From a bacterium (GTDB lineage Bacteria > Zhuqueibacterota > Zhuqueibacteria > Oceanimicrobiales > Oceanimicrobiaceae), in contig JBBIIG010000028.1 of assembly GCA_037446635.1 (NCBI GenBank), positions 1-57,042 on the forward strand: DNA of 57,042 nucleotides, in the 5' to 3' direction. Positions within the stretch are counted from its first letter, which is position 1. Every line of letters starts with the position of its first letter. Below the pieces are notes generated by a model that did not search any database, had not been told where the DNA came from, and worked only from the letters and a program-made list of their open reading frames with translations. Both the position numbers and the translations under genes were made by a program. Below, one piece after another: positions 1-8,507 of the stretch.

Positions 1-356
1 GCAACCTCGACGAGCGGCTCGCCTATTTTGACACCGATGAGCTGTGGTTTCCGGAGTGTTATCACGAAGTCACGCCCTGGGATAATCCCCAGGGCTACTA
101 AAAGCACAATCCCATCAACTTCGTGCAAAACTGGAAAACGCCCATGCTGGTGATTCACGGCGGCAAGGATTTTCGCGTGGTGGATACGCAGGGCATCTCC
201 ACCTTCACCGCGCTGCAGCGCCGCGGCATCCCCAGCAAATTCCTCTATTTCCCGGATGAAAACCACTGGGTGCTGAAACCGCAGAACAGCATTTTTTGGC
301 ACGAGACGGTGATCGGCTGGCTCGATCAGTGGGTAAAAGGGGACGGCACGAATTGA
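1..356 (+). CDS. S9 family serine peptidase (dipeptidyl-peptidase 5-like), C-terminal fragment, 5' truncated by window edge; in-frame TAA at 99-101
   Basis: Frame from nt 3 reads NLDERLAYFDTDELWFPE...TPWDNPQGY*KHNPINFVQNWKTPMLVIHGGKDFRV...FPDENHWV, with the catalytic Asp/His region of S9 peptidases. Confidence 0.85.
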
Positions 357-455
357 CTGGTAACGGCATCGACGAACGTTTTGACCTGCCAAAGTGTCTT
401 TGCTTGCGGCACATTTTTCGCCGTAGCTATATTTGCAAAAAATCAGAAAAGGCAA

Positions 456-689
456 ATGAACAAATCCCAAGAATACGAGCACTGGGGAAAGACCGCCACC
501 GAGTTTTCTAAATTAACCTATGGCGGCGGGTTGTTGTTTGCAATTAGTTACTGGCTGACTACCAAAGATATCTCATTTGTGAAATTAGTTGCTTTGATTT
601 CATCCAGCGGATTTATAGTCGCTTTCTTACTTCTGTTTGCCCGAAGATTATTCAAAAAATCAATTGATGAGGAGAACAAAAATGGCTGA
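456..689 (+). CDS. small two-TM membrane protein (DUF6722-like)
   Basis: ATG at 456 inside the 381-689 ORF; MNKSQEYEHWGKTATEFSKLTYGGGLLFAI... with two hydrophobic segments; AT-rich. Confidence 0.6.
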   Translation: MNKSQEYEHWGKTATEFSKLTYGGGLLFAISYWLTTKDISFVKLVALISSSGFIVAFLLLFARRLFKKSIDEENKNG

Positions 690-786
690 TCCAATTTGGG
701 TTTATATTATTCTTTCCTTCGTCGTGGTAGTCTTTTTTTGGTGGATTTCAAGGAGTCCGTCCAAAAAAGATCAAGCGCACAAATAG
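682..786 (+). CDS. 34-aa single-TM peptide (not in ORF track)
   Basis: MADPIWVYIILSFVVVVFFWWISRSPSKKDQAHK*; GAGGAG SD upstream; overlaps the stop of the previous gene. Confidence 0.55.
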   Translation: MADPIWVYIILSFVVVVFFWWISRSPSKKDQAHK

Positions 787-799
787 ATATATTCAAGAC

Positions 800-1107
800 A
801 TGAAAACTTTTCGAGATGTGTTTGGATTTGAGATTCGAATCACGGAAGAGCAGATGAAACACATATTGTCTCGGAAAGAAATGAAAAATCAGGAGTCGAA
901 GATTGCGGAGACGCTTTGGGAGCCTGATTTTGTTTTTCAGAGCAACCACGATATCGAAGTGAATTTGTATTACAGGAAGTATGCGGTGACTCCGGTCACA
1001 GAAAAGTACTTGGTCGTTGCGACAAAATATCTGCGGACGATTCTTTTGTTCTGACAGCATTTTTCACCGACAAACTCAAAGCTGGAGTTGTAAAATGGCA
1101 AAAATGA
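800..1107 (+). pseudogene. BECR/RelE-like (PBECR2/DUF4258-like) toxin, frameshifted near 1033
   Basis: MKTFRDVFGFEIRITEEQMKHI...KYLVVATKYL continues in another frame as DDSFVLTAFFTDKLKAGVVKWQK*, a typical C-terminus for this family. Confidence 0.7.
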
Positions 1108-1314
1108 AAATCTGGTATGATGAGGAGGGGGATTATTTAGAAATTGGATTCGGGAATCAGAAAGGGTTTATGCGAGATATTGGCGACGACATCTGGGAAC
1201 GGATTGAAAATGATTGGGTCGTTGGCATTGCGGTCTTAGGATTTAAAAAAACGGCTCAAAGGAAAGAAAACCGAAGTGGAGTTGCCGCTGGCGGTGGAGT
1301 TTTCAGAGGAGTAA
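1095..1314 (+). pseudogene. DUF2283 antitoxin, frameshifted in an A7 run (~1245-1251)
   Basis: MAKMKIWYDEEGDYLEIGF...VVGIAVLGFKK; removing one A gives RLKGKKTEVELPLAVEFSEE*. Confidence 0.7.
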
Positions 1315-1488
1315 CACCCTCCTGCAAAAACATAGATTCTGCGCGTAATTTCACAATGTAATTTCTCCCGGAGCGAAAGCCTGCCTCTCTTCTCTGACGC
1401 GACCACTAAGATACCTCAGTGTGATGCGAAGGGAGAAGCCATTCGGACATACTTCTCGTACTGCCACTGATGTCGGTAGGCGGCACGC

Positions 1489-1521
1489 AACTCTGTCAGG
1501 GTCTCAAACCCTGACAGAGTT
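1489..1521. repeat. REP-like palindrome AACTCTGTCAGGGT-CTCAA-ACCCTGACAGAGTT
   Basis: Perfect 14-bp stem with 5-nt loop, lying inside a looser GTAGG...CCTAC bracket. Confidence 0.8.
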
Positions 1522-1680
1522 TGCTCACCACTGGATATCCCCACCTACGACGTCGTGCTACACCGACCATAAATAAAACTTTGCCAGATTCCAAACTTCC
1601 ACACCGTCACTTTGTGCTTGCGATAAAATCTGACGTAAACTATATTGCCGTAACGATAGAAAAGAGTCGGAGGTATTAAG

Positions 1681-1869
1681 ATGACTAAACTAACCATGCT
1701 CTATTGGAAAGAGGATAATTTCTGGTTGGGAAAAATTTTGGAGCATCCTGAAATCATGACTCAGGGCGAGACCTTGAAGGAGTTGGAAGAAAATATCAAA
1801 GATGCTTATCAGTTGATGATATTGGATGATGTCCCAGAAAATTATGAGATAAAAGAATTGACTGTATGA
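1681..1869 (+). CDS. hicB: HicB family antitoxin
   Basis: TQGETLKELEENIKDA motif; GGAGG SD; overlaps hicA start (ATGA). Confidence 0.85.
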   Translation: MTKLTMLYWKEDNFWLGKILEHPEIMTQGETLKELEENIKDAYQLMILDDVPENYEIKELTV

Positions 1870-2048
1870 AACGTAAAGAGTTCATACAGCAGTTGACCAA
1901 GTTGGGATGCAGACTGCACCGTCATGGCGCAAAGCACGACGTCTATATAAATCCTGTGACTGGCAAAAAGCAACCTGTTCCACGCCATGCCGAAATCCAT
2001 GATAAATTAGCAAAGCACATAATGAAGCACCTCGGTTTGTTAGAATAG
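1866..2048 (+). CDS. hicA: HicA family toxin
   Basis: RHGAKHDVY...VPRHAEI motifs; 60 aa, basic. Confidence 0.88.
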   Translation: MKRKEFIQQLTKLGCRLHRHGAKHDVYINPVTGKKQPVPRHAEIHDKLAKHIMKHLGLLE

Positions 2049-2105
2049 TCTCAGTTGTCTGGAACGAAACCTCTATTGCCATTACGATCATCGGGTATGA
2101 GATAA

Positions 2106-4409
2106 ATGAACCTTCCCCAAATCCTCGACCAACTCCGCCATGACGCCGGCTTCATGGCCAACGTCAGCGCGTGGAAATCGCTGGCGCCGCAGGAGGCGCA
2201 GTGGGCGGATTTCCCGGCTAATATTCATCCGGCGTTGGCCGAGGCCATTCAGCAGCACGGCATCTCACGACTGTACACGCATCAGGCCGAGGCGGTGCGA
2301 CTCATCATCGATGGCAAAAACGTGGTGGTGGTGACGCCTACCGCCAGCGGCAAGACGTTGTGCTACAATCTGCCGGTGCTGAATGCGGTTCTGGAAAATC
2401 CTGAGGCGCGGGCGCTCTATCTTTTCCCCACTAAAGCGTTGTCGCAGGATCAAGTGGCGGAGCTGCACGACATCATCGCCGCCCTCGGCAGCCAAATCGA
2501 TTTCGATATCAAATCCTACACGTTTGACGGCGATACGCCGGCTTCGGCGCGCAAGGCCATCCGCAGCTCCGGACACATCGTGGTCACGAATCCGGATATG
2601 CTGCACCAGGGCATCTTGCCGCATCACACCAAATGGGTGAAGCTGTTCGAGAATCTGCGCTTCGTGGTGATCGACGAGCTGCACAATTATCGCGGAGTCT
2701 ATGGCAGCCATCTCGCCAACGTTCTGCGCCGCTTGCGCCGTATCTGCGATTTTTATGGCTCGAAGCCGCAGTTCATCTGCTGCTCGGCCACCATCGCCAA
2801 TCCCAAAGAACTGGCGGAGCTAATCACCGAGCAGCCGATGGAGCTGGTGGATCGCAATGGCGCGCCGCGCGGAGAGAAGCATTTCATTTTGTATAATCCG
2901 CCGGTGGTGAATCGCGAGCTGGGCATTCGCAAGTCGTACATCAAAGAGGCGCGCGCCATCGCCAAAAAGTTTCTCCTCAACGACATTCAGACCATTGTAT
3001 TCAGCCGCAGCCGCCTGCGCGTGGAAATTCTTGTCACCTATTTGAAAGAGATGATGCGCAAAGCCAAGAAGTCCGCCGAGCTGATTCGCGGCTATCGCGG
3101 CGGCTATTTGCCGACGGAGCGCCGCGCCATCGAACGCGGGCTGCGCGCCGGCGAAATCTTGGGCGTGGTCAGCACCAACGCGTTGGAGTTGGGGATTGAC
3201 ATCGGGCAGCTCACGGCGTCGGTGATGGCCGGCTATCCCGGCACCATCGCCAGCGCGTGGCAGCAAGCGGGACGCGCCGGCCGCCGCGCCGAAGCTTCGG
3301 TGGCGGTGCTGGTCGCATCCAGCGCGCCGATGGATCAGTACATCGTCAACCACCCGGATTACTTTTTCGGCAAGCCGCCGGAGTCCGGCGTGATCGATGC
3401 CAACAATCTCGTCATTCTGCTCGATCACCTCAAATGCGCGGCGTTCGAGCTGCCATTCACGGAAGACGAAAAATTCGGCGTCGATACCACGCGCGAAATT
3501 TTGGAATACCTTGTGGAGAATCGGGTGCTGCATTTTGTGTCGCCGCAAAACGACCAACCCGGGCGCTATCACTGGATGACCGACGCCTATCCCGCCGAAG
3601 CCGTCAGTCTGCGCAGCGCCACGCCGGAGAACGTGGTGATCATCGATACCACCCACGAGGAGCGCGTCATCGGCGAAATCAATCTGCTGGACGCACCGAT
3701 GATGCTGCACAACGAGGCCATTTACATTCACGAAGCCAAACAGTACCACGTGGATAATCTCGATTGGGACCGACAAAAGGCTTACGTGCATCAAGTGGAA
3801 GTTGACTATTACACCGACGCCCACACCGACACCAGCCTGCGCGTGCTCGACGTGATTCAAGAGGTCGAAATCCCCGACGGCAAAAAGGGCTGCGGCGAAG
3901 TGAACGTGCACTGGCAGACCACCAAGTACAAGAAGCTGAAATTCGAGACCCACGAGAACATCGGTTTCGGCAAAGTGGAGCTGCCGGAGATGGAGATGCA
4001 CACCACCTCGTACTGGTGGGAATTTCCGGAGGACATCGCCGACCGCCTGCAGATTTCGCAAGCCATTTTGGGCGACGGACTGAAAGCGCTGGCCAATGCG
4101 CTCGGCACCGTCGCTGCGGTATATCTCATGTGCGACCCCAGAGACCTGCGCTCGGTGCCGATGGTGCGCGCCCCGCAGACTCAGCGCCCGACCATTTACA
4201 TACACGATAACCATCCCGGCGGCGTCGGCTTCAGCCAAAAGCTTTTTCATCTCCACGACGAGTTGAAACAGGCCGCGCTGGAGTTGATTCAAAAATGTGA
4301 GTGTGAGGCGGGATGTCCGTCGTGCGTTGGGCCGGTGTTGGAAGTTGGCGAGAAGGGCAAAGAAAGTGCGGTGGCGTTGTTGAATCTTTCACGTACTGAA
4401 AGCCATTGA
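2106..4409 (+). CDS. DEAD/DEAH-box helicase with C-terminal DUF1998 Zn domain (MrfA/YprA/Hrq1 family)
   Basis: TPTASGKT, DELH, SATI, QQAGRAGR, C-terminal CxCxxGCPSC. Confidence 0.93.
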   Translation: MNLPQILDQLRHDAGFMANVSAWKSLAPQEAQWADFPANIHPALAEAIQQHGISRLYTHQAEAVRLIIDGKNVVVVTPTASGKTLCYNLPVLNAVLENPEARALYLFPTKALSQDQVAELHDIIAALGSQIDFDIKSYTFDGDTPASARKAIRSSGHIVVTNPDMLHQGILPHHTKWVKLFENLRFVVIDELHNYRGVYGSHLANVLRRLRRICDFYGSKPQFICCSATIANPKELAELITEQPMELVDRNGAPRGEKHFILYNPPVVNRELGIRKSYIKEARAIAKKFLLNDIQTIVFSRSRLRVEILVTYLKEMMRKAKKSAELIRGYRGGYLPTERRAIERGLRAGEILGVVSTNALELGIDIGQLTASVMAGYPGTIASAWQQAGRAGRRAEASVAVLVASSAPMDQYIVNHPDYFFGKPPESGVIDANNLVILLDHLKCAAFELPFTEDEKFGVDTTREILEYLVENRVLHFVSPQNDQPGRYHWMTDAYPAEAVSLRSATPENVVIIDTTHEERVIGEINLLDAPMMLHNEAIYIHEAKQYHVDNLDWDRQKAYVHQVEVDYYTDAHTDTSLRVLDVIQEVEIPDGKKGCGEVNVHWQTTKYKKLKFETHENIGFGKVELPEMEMHTTSYWWEFPEDIADRLQISQAILGDGLKALANALGTVAAVYLMCDPRDLRSVPMVRAPQTQRPTIYIHDNHPGGVGFSQKLFHLHDELKQAALELIQKCECEAGCPSCVGPVLEVGEKGKESAVALLNLSRTESH

Positions 4410-4522
4410 AAGGTTGGCATCAAAACGGGAAGGATTGACAACTAACCTTCAGGAAATGAGCTTGCTATTCCAATAATTTTCCAATAAATTGAAATCAACT
4501 AAAACAAGATTCAGAGGCCAAA

Positions 4523-4792
4523 ATGGAAATTCACGAACTGGTCATCGAGATGAAGTTGCTGGAACGCCGGTTGACACTCTACGAAGAGAAGTACGGTATT
4601 CTCAGCGAAAATTTTTATGATGGCCTGATGAATGGCAAGTTAGCCCGTTACGATGAATACGACGAAACTCGCGCCGACTTCGGCCGCTGGAAAGGGATTT
4701 ACGAGACCTGGCGGCGGCGCAAAGAGGAGTATGATCAGCTTATTCAAGAAAGAGACCTCGTAGAAACTTTGCGCGTGCAACCCGCCTATTAG
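4523..4792 (+). CDS. putative antitoxin (TumA-like) of a DUF6516 toxin
   Basis: ERRLTLYEEKYGILSENFY...DFGRWKG motif; directly upstream of the DUF6516 gene. Confidence 0.65.
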   Translation: MEIHELVIEMKLLERRLTLYEEKYGILSENFYDGLMNGKLARYDEYDETRADFGRWKGIYETWRRRKEEYDQLIQERDLVETLRVQPAY

Positions 4793-4796
4793 AGGG

Positions 4797-5221
4797 ATGA
4801 TGGAAAATCCGCTCGCGTCACTCGCCAATTACAGTCAGTATGTTGCTGAATTACTCAACCGGCCAACCGTGAGAAGCGTTCCACACTAGTGGTGTGGTCA
4901 GACAGCCCGTACACTGGAACCGCCGAAGGGGAAGTCTTATTCAAGAAAAGCTACCGGCTACGCCTTAGAGAGGAGTTGGATTTTAATGCAAAATTAATCA
5001 CCTCTTATGGCTATGAAGTGTATCGTGGTGAGGAGCGCCTCTATTGGTACGATGACTTCCCGCATCCAGAAGATGTGAGCTTAGCAGCAACTTTTCCGCA
5101 TCATAAGCATGTGCCACCCGATATGAAACACAACCGAATTCCAGCATCCGAATTGAGCTTTACTCGCCCAAATCTTTTAGTAATTGTTCAGGAAATAGAA
5201 GGGATCATTAATAAGCGGTGA
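4797..5221 (+). pseudogene. DUF6516/TumE-family toxin, frameshifted at ~4872
   Basis: [25 protein letters not shown] is out of frame by 2 nt with [13 protein letters not shown]...[10 protein letters not shown]...TFPHHKH. Confidence 0.72.
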
Positions 5222-5240
5222 GTTTAAATATGACTGAGCG

Positions 5241-5342
5241 TCGGTCGTGCGTGGGGCCCGGTGTTGGAAATTGGGGAAAAGGAAAAAGAAAGTGCGGCGG
5301 CGCTGCTAAAGCTTTCAAAGGTTCAAAACCTTTGAAAGGTTG
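5241..5342 (+). repeat. second, degenerate copy of the helicase 3' end, ending in palindrome CTTTCAAAGGTT-CAA-AACCTTTGAAAG
   Basis: Aligns by eye with ~4316-4415 (SCVGPVLEVGEKGKESAVALL region). Confidence 0.85.
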
Positions 5343-5422
5343 AAGTAGCGGCTAATAAAATTTCTTGTTTTTTTCGGTTGGTCTGTTAATTTAATCTTCA
5401 ACTAAAGCTCAGGAGCAAGACC

Positions 5423-5644
5423 ATGAATGCGAATTTCGAGCAGCTATTTGACTTAAGCGTTTCCGAAAAACTACAACTTGTTGAAGATTTGTGGGATGAC
5501 ATAGCCTCCAACCCCGAAGCCGTACCTGTGTACGACTGGCAAAAAGAGGAATTGAAGAAAAGGAAAGCCAAATACCTGCAAAATCCATCCACCGGAGTCA
5601 CGTGGGAAGAAGCAAAGAAAAAAATACGCCGCAACCGTGGCTAA
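5423..5644 (+). CDS. addiction-module antitoxin (TIGR02574 family)
   Basis: LSVSEKLQLVEDLWDDI...WQKEELKKR...TWEEAK motif. Confidence 0.88.
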   Translation: MNANFEQLFDLSVSEKLQLVEDLWDDIASNPEAVPVYDWQKEELKKRKAKYLQNPSTGVTWEEAKKKIRRNRG

Positions 5645-5936
5645 GAAGCTCATACTTCTGCCAGAGGCCGTGCGTGATATTGCGGATGCGTATGTCTGGT
5701 ATGAAGGCAAGCACCCCGGCCTGGGCGAAGATTTTTTACGTTGTGTTGATGTCTGCCTGCTCGCGATGAGCCGTAATCCCAAAATGTACCCCGTGATGTA
5801 TGAAACTTATCGACGAGCGCTGATTAGACGTTTTCCTTATGCAATTTTCTATGAGCACTACAAAAGCACCATAACGGTATATTCTGTGTTTCACACTTCT
5901 CAAGATCCCCACAAGTGGCGGAAACGGTTGCCTTAA
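5637..5936 (+). CDS. RelE/ParE family toxin
   Basis: PEAVRDIADAYVWYE...GLGEDF...RRFPYAIFY...VFHTSQDP; GTG start overlapping the antitoxin. Confidence 0.88.
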   Translation: MAKKLILLPEAVRDIADAYVWYEGKHPGLGEDFLRCVDVCLLAMSRNPKMYPVMYETYRRALIRRFPYAIFYEHYKSTITVYSVFHTSQDPHKWRKRLP

Positions 5937-5958
5937 TAAAAGAGCAGTAAGCGATAAG

Positions 5959-6199
5959 CGCAAACCCAGCGTCCGACGATTTACATTCACGACAACCACG
6001 CCGGCGGCGTGGGTTTCAGCCAGAAGCTTTTCCATCTGCATGATGATTTGAAACAAGCTGCGCTGGAGTTGATTCAAAAATGTGAGTGCGAGGCCGGCTG
6101 CCCCGCGTGTGTGAGACCGGTGTTGGAAGTTGGCGAGAAGGGCAAAGAAAGTGCGGTGGCGTTGTTAAATCTTTCAAAGGTTCAAAGCCTTTGAAAGGT
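5959..6199 (+). repeat. third, ~240-bp copy of the helicase 3' end (displaced gene tail) ending in the same palindrome
   Basis: Encodes QTQRPTIYIHDNHAGGVGFSQKLFHLHDDLKQAALELIQKCECEAGCPACVRPVLEVGEKGKESAVALLNLSKVQSL*; matches 4173-4415 with mostly third-position differences. Confidence 0.92.
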
Positions 6200-6313
6200 C
6201 TATGTGATACCAAGCCTGACGAGCTTCTTGCTTTTTGGTGATGAGTCGTATAAATTAACTACACATAAATTGATTTATTTATTAATCGTTGCTGAAACTA
6301 ATCGGAGTGAGCC

Positions 6314-6518
6314 ATGACCCTAAAAGTGTTGATTGAAAAAGGCGAAGACGGCTACTAATGTCGCCCATTGCCCATCGTTGAAAAGCTGTTGGTCGCAGGG
6401 AAAAACCAAAGAAGAAGCTTTGAAAAATATTCAGGAAGCCATTGAACTCTATTTAGAGCCAGAGTTGAAAGATTAGGTCGAAGATGAAAATCGTGAAATC
6501 CATGAGTTGGTTTTATGA
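6314..6518 (+). pseudogene. HicB family antitoxin pseudogene
   Basis: MTLKVLIEKGEDGY / +1 insertion / VAHCPSLKSCWSQGKTKEEALKNIQEAIELYLEP..KD*VEDE...LVL*; frameshift plus nonsense codon. Confidence 0.8.
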
Positions 6519-6729
6519 AGCTTCCGCTATTGTCGGGGCGGTTCTATCTGCACTAAAACGATAAGGTTTTGTAGAACGCCACAGAAAGGGCAGCCACGTA
6601 AAAATGACTCATGCTGACGGAAGAGTAATTGTTTTTCCTTATCACGATGAAGTTGATCGTTACACTTTAAAAGGAGCGTTGCGCGACGCTGAAATTGATA
6701 TTGACGAATTCATAAAAAATATTAAATAG
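6515..6729 (+). pseudogene. HicA family toxin pseudogene
   Basis: MKLPLLSG / frameshift / VLSALKR*GFVERHRKGSHVKMTHADGRVIVFPYHDEV...EFIKNIK*. Confidence 0.8.
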
Positions 6730-6732
6730 AGT

Positions 6733-6946
6733 ATGACAAACTAAATTGAGGTTGTCATAACTGAGGCTAAGGTGCCAATTGATTTAATCTCCTTGAACAA
6801 ACAACTTGCTTGCTTTACCGCAGAAGGACATAATCTCCCTTTATTACGATTTAGAAGAACGAGTTGAAACGTACGAGATGATGACATTAGCAGAGTCAGC
6901 TCTTGAGGAATGGTTAGAACCCGGCGAAGACATCTAAGATGAATAA
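6733..6946 (+). pseudogene. antitoxin remnant upstream of a MazF-like gene
   Basis: C-terminal part reads YEMMTLAESALEEWLEPGEDI*DE*, an acidic tail typical of antitoxins paired with PemK/MazF; 5' part broken. Confidence 0.5.
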
Positions 6947-7180
6947 ATATCAACGCGGAGATGTTGTACTTGTAAAGTTTCCATTTACAGATTTGGCTTC
7001 TTCAAAAGTCAGACCGGCATTGGTTATTTCATCAATAAGAGAAGATTGCATCATAATCGGTATTTTTTCTAGGAAACTCCCTCGTAAGAAACTCCCGTCA
7101 AACGTGGCTCCTTCTCCCAGAGGATTCAAAAGATTTTGCAGAAACTGGTTTGAAAAAAACCTCGGTTTTGAAAGCCGAAG
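6939..7180 (+). pseudogene. PemK/MazF toxin, frameshifted and 3'-truncated
   Basis: MNKYQRGDVVLVKFPFTDLASSKVRPALVIS, then another frame gives RQTWLLLPEDSKDFAETGLKKTSVLKAE; local GAAACTCCC duplication at the frameshift. Confidence 0.8.
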
Positions 7181-7193
7181 AAAGGAAAGCAAA

Positions 7194-8507
7194 ATGAGTT
7201 GGAAAAGCTTGTTCCTGTTTTTTCTCAGTAGTTTATTCATAACCACCCAATCCTTTTCTCAAGATCAGCCCCACGTATTCCGCGGCGCCACCCTCATTCC
7301 CATCGCCGGCGAGCCGATTGCAGACGGCGCGCTCGTCGTTCAAAACGGAAAAATTTTGGCGGTCGGGCCATCGGCGGAAGTGGCGAGTCCCGACGGCGCG
7401 GTGGAACACGATGTCTCCGGCAAAGTCATCATGCCGGGTTTGGTGGACACCCATTCGCACATTGGCCGCGTCGAGGGCGGTGATCGTTCCGCGACGCTGC
7501 ACCCGGAGGTGCGCGTCCTCGATGCCGTGGACATCCGTCACAATTCCATCCAGCGGGCGCGCGCCGGCGGCATCACCACCGTCAACATCATGCCGGGCTC
7601 CGGACATTTGATGAGCGGCCAGACCGTCTATCTCAAATTACGCAACGGTGAAAAAATCGAAGATTTGCTTTATTGCGACGACCCGCTCAACGGCGTCTGC
7701 GGCGGAATGAAGATGGCCAACGGCACCAACTCGCTCGACGAAAAGCCCTTTTCCGGCACCCGCGCCAAATCCGCGGCGATGGTGCGCGCGCTTTATGTCA
7801 AAGCGCAGGAGTACAAAAAGAAAATCGAAGCGGCGGCGGGAAATCCGGAAAAAATGCCGGAGCGCAACCTCGAAATGGAGGCGCTGCTGCAAGTTCTCGA
7901 TGGCAAGCGCATCGTGCAGCATCACACCCACCGTCACGACGACATCATGACGGTGCTGCGGCTGGCGAAGGAGTTTGGCTTTCGCGTGGTGATTCAACAC
8001 GGCAGCGAGGCCTGGAAGGTTGCAGACGAAATTGCGGCGGCCGGGGTGCCATGTTCGATTATTGTAATCGATGCGCCCGGTGGCAAGCTCGAAGCCATCA
8101 ATCTCAGTTATGAAACCGGCGGCATCTTGGAAAAAGCCGGTGTCGATGTGGCCTTTCACACAGACGATTACATCACCGATTCGCGGCTGTTCCTGCGTTC
8201 GGCGGCGTTTGGCGTGCGCGGCGGCATGTCCCGTGCCAAAGCCCTCGAAGCCGTGACGCTGGCCGGCGCCCGCATGATGGATTTGGCGCATCGCATTGGC
8301 TCGTTGGAGAAAGGCAAAGATGCGGATTTCATCGTGCTCTCCGGCGACCCGCTGAGCGTTTACACGCACGTTGAGCAAACCTGGGTGGAGGGCGAGCTGC
8401 TGTTCGACCGCGCGAACCCGGATCACCGCCGCTACGCCGTGGGCGACTACGGCGTGTTCCCTCAAAGCAATCATATCGATTTTCACGGAGAAGGAGGATT
8501 GGAATAA
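7194..8507 (+). CDS. secreted amidohydrolase family protein
   Basis: Likely start ATG 7194 (AAAGGA SD, signal peptide MSWKSLFLFFLSSLFITTQSFS); PGLVDTHSH, HTHR, GSLEKGKDAD. Confidence 0.88.
   Translation: MSWKSLFLFFLSSLFITTQSFSQDQPHVFRGATLIPIAGEPIADGALVVQNGKILAVGPSAEVASPDGAVEHDVSGKVIMPGLVDTHSHIGRVEGGDRSATLHPEVRVLDAVDIRHNSIQRARAGGITTVNIMPGSGHLMSGQTVYLKLRNGEKIEDLLYCDDPLNGVCGGMKMANGTNSLDEKPFSGTRAKSAAMVRALYVKAQEYKKKIEAAAGNPEKMPERNLEMEALLQVLDGKRIVQHHTHRHDDIMTVLRLAKEFGFRVVIQHGSEAWKVADEIAAAGVPCSIIVIDAPGGKLEAINLSYETGGILEKAGVDVAFHTDDYITDSRLFLRSAAFGVRGGMSRAKALEAVTLAGARMMDLAHRIGSLEKGKDADFIVLSGDPLSVYTHVEQTWVEGELLFDRANPDHRRYAVGDYGVFPQSNHIDFHGEGGLE

Noticed and set aside
2820..4292. 490-aa antisense ORF, and other long shadow ORFs (e.g. 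11780-12781, 34925-35899, 47694-48725, 51067-52149)
   Set aside because: They lie opposite well-supported genes, carry no recognisable motifs, and are expected from GC-rich codon usage.
6009..6194. 61-aa ORF as an independent Zn-finger gene
   Set aside because: It is the displaced helicase tail, with no start signals of its own.
800..7180. Classical integron or prophage/ICE
   Set aside because: No integrase, no convincing attC (RYYYAAC...GTTRRRY) sites, and no phage or conjugation genes recognised.
6939..8507. Apparent MazF-amidohydrolase fusion (522-aa ORF)
   Set aside because: The MazF part is frameshifted and truncated; the amidohydrolase has its own SD and signal peptide at 7194. The shared frame is accidental.
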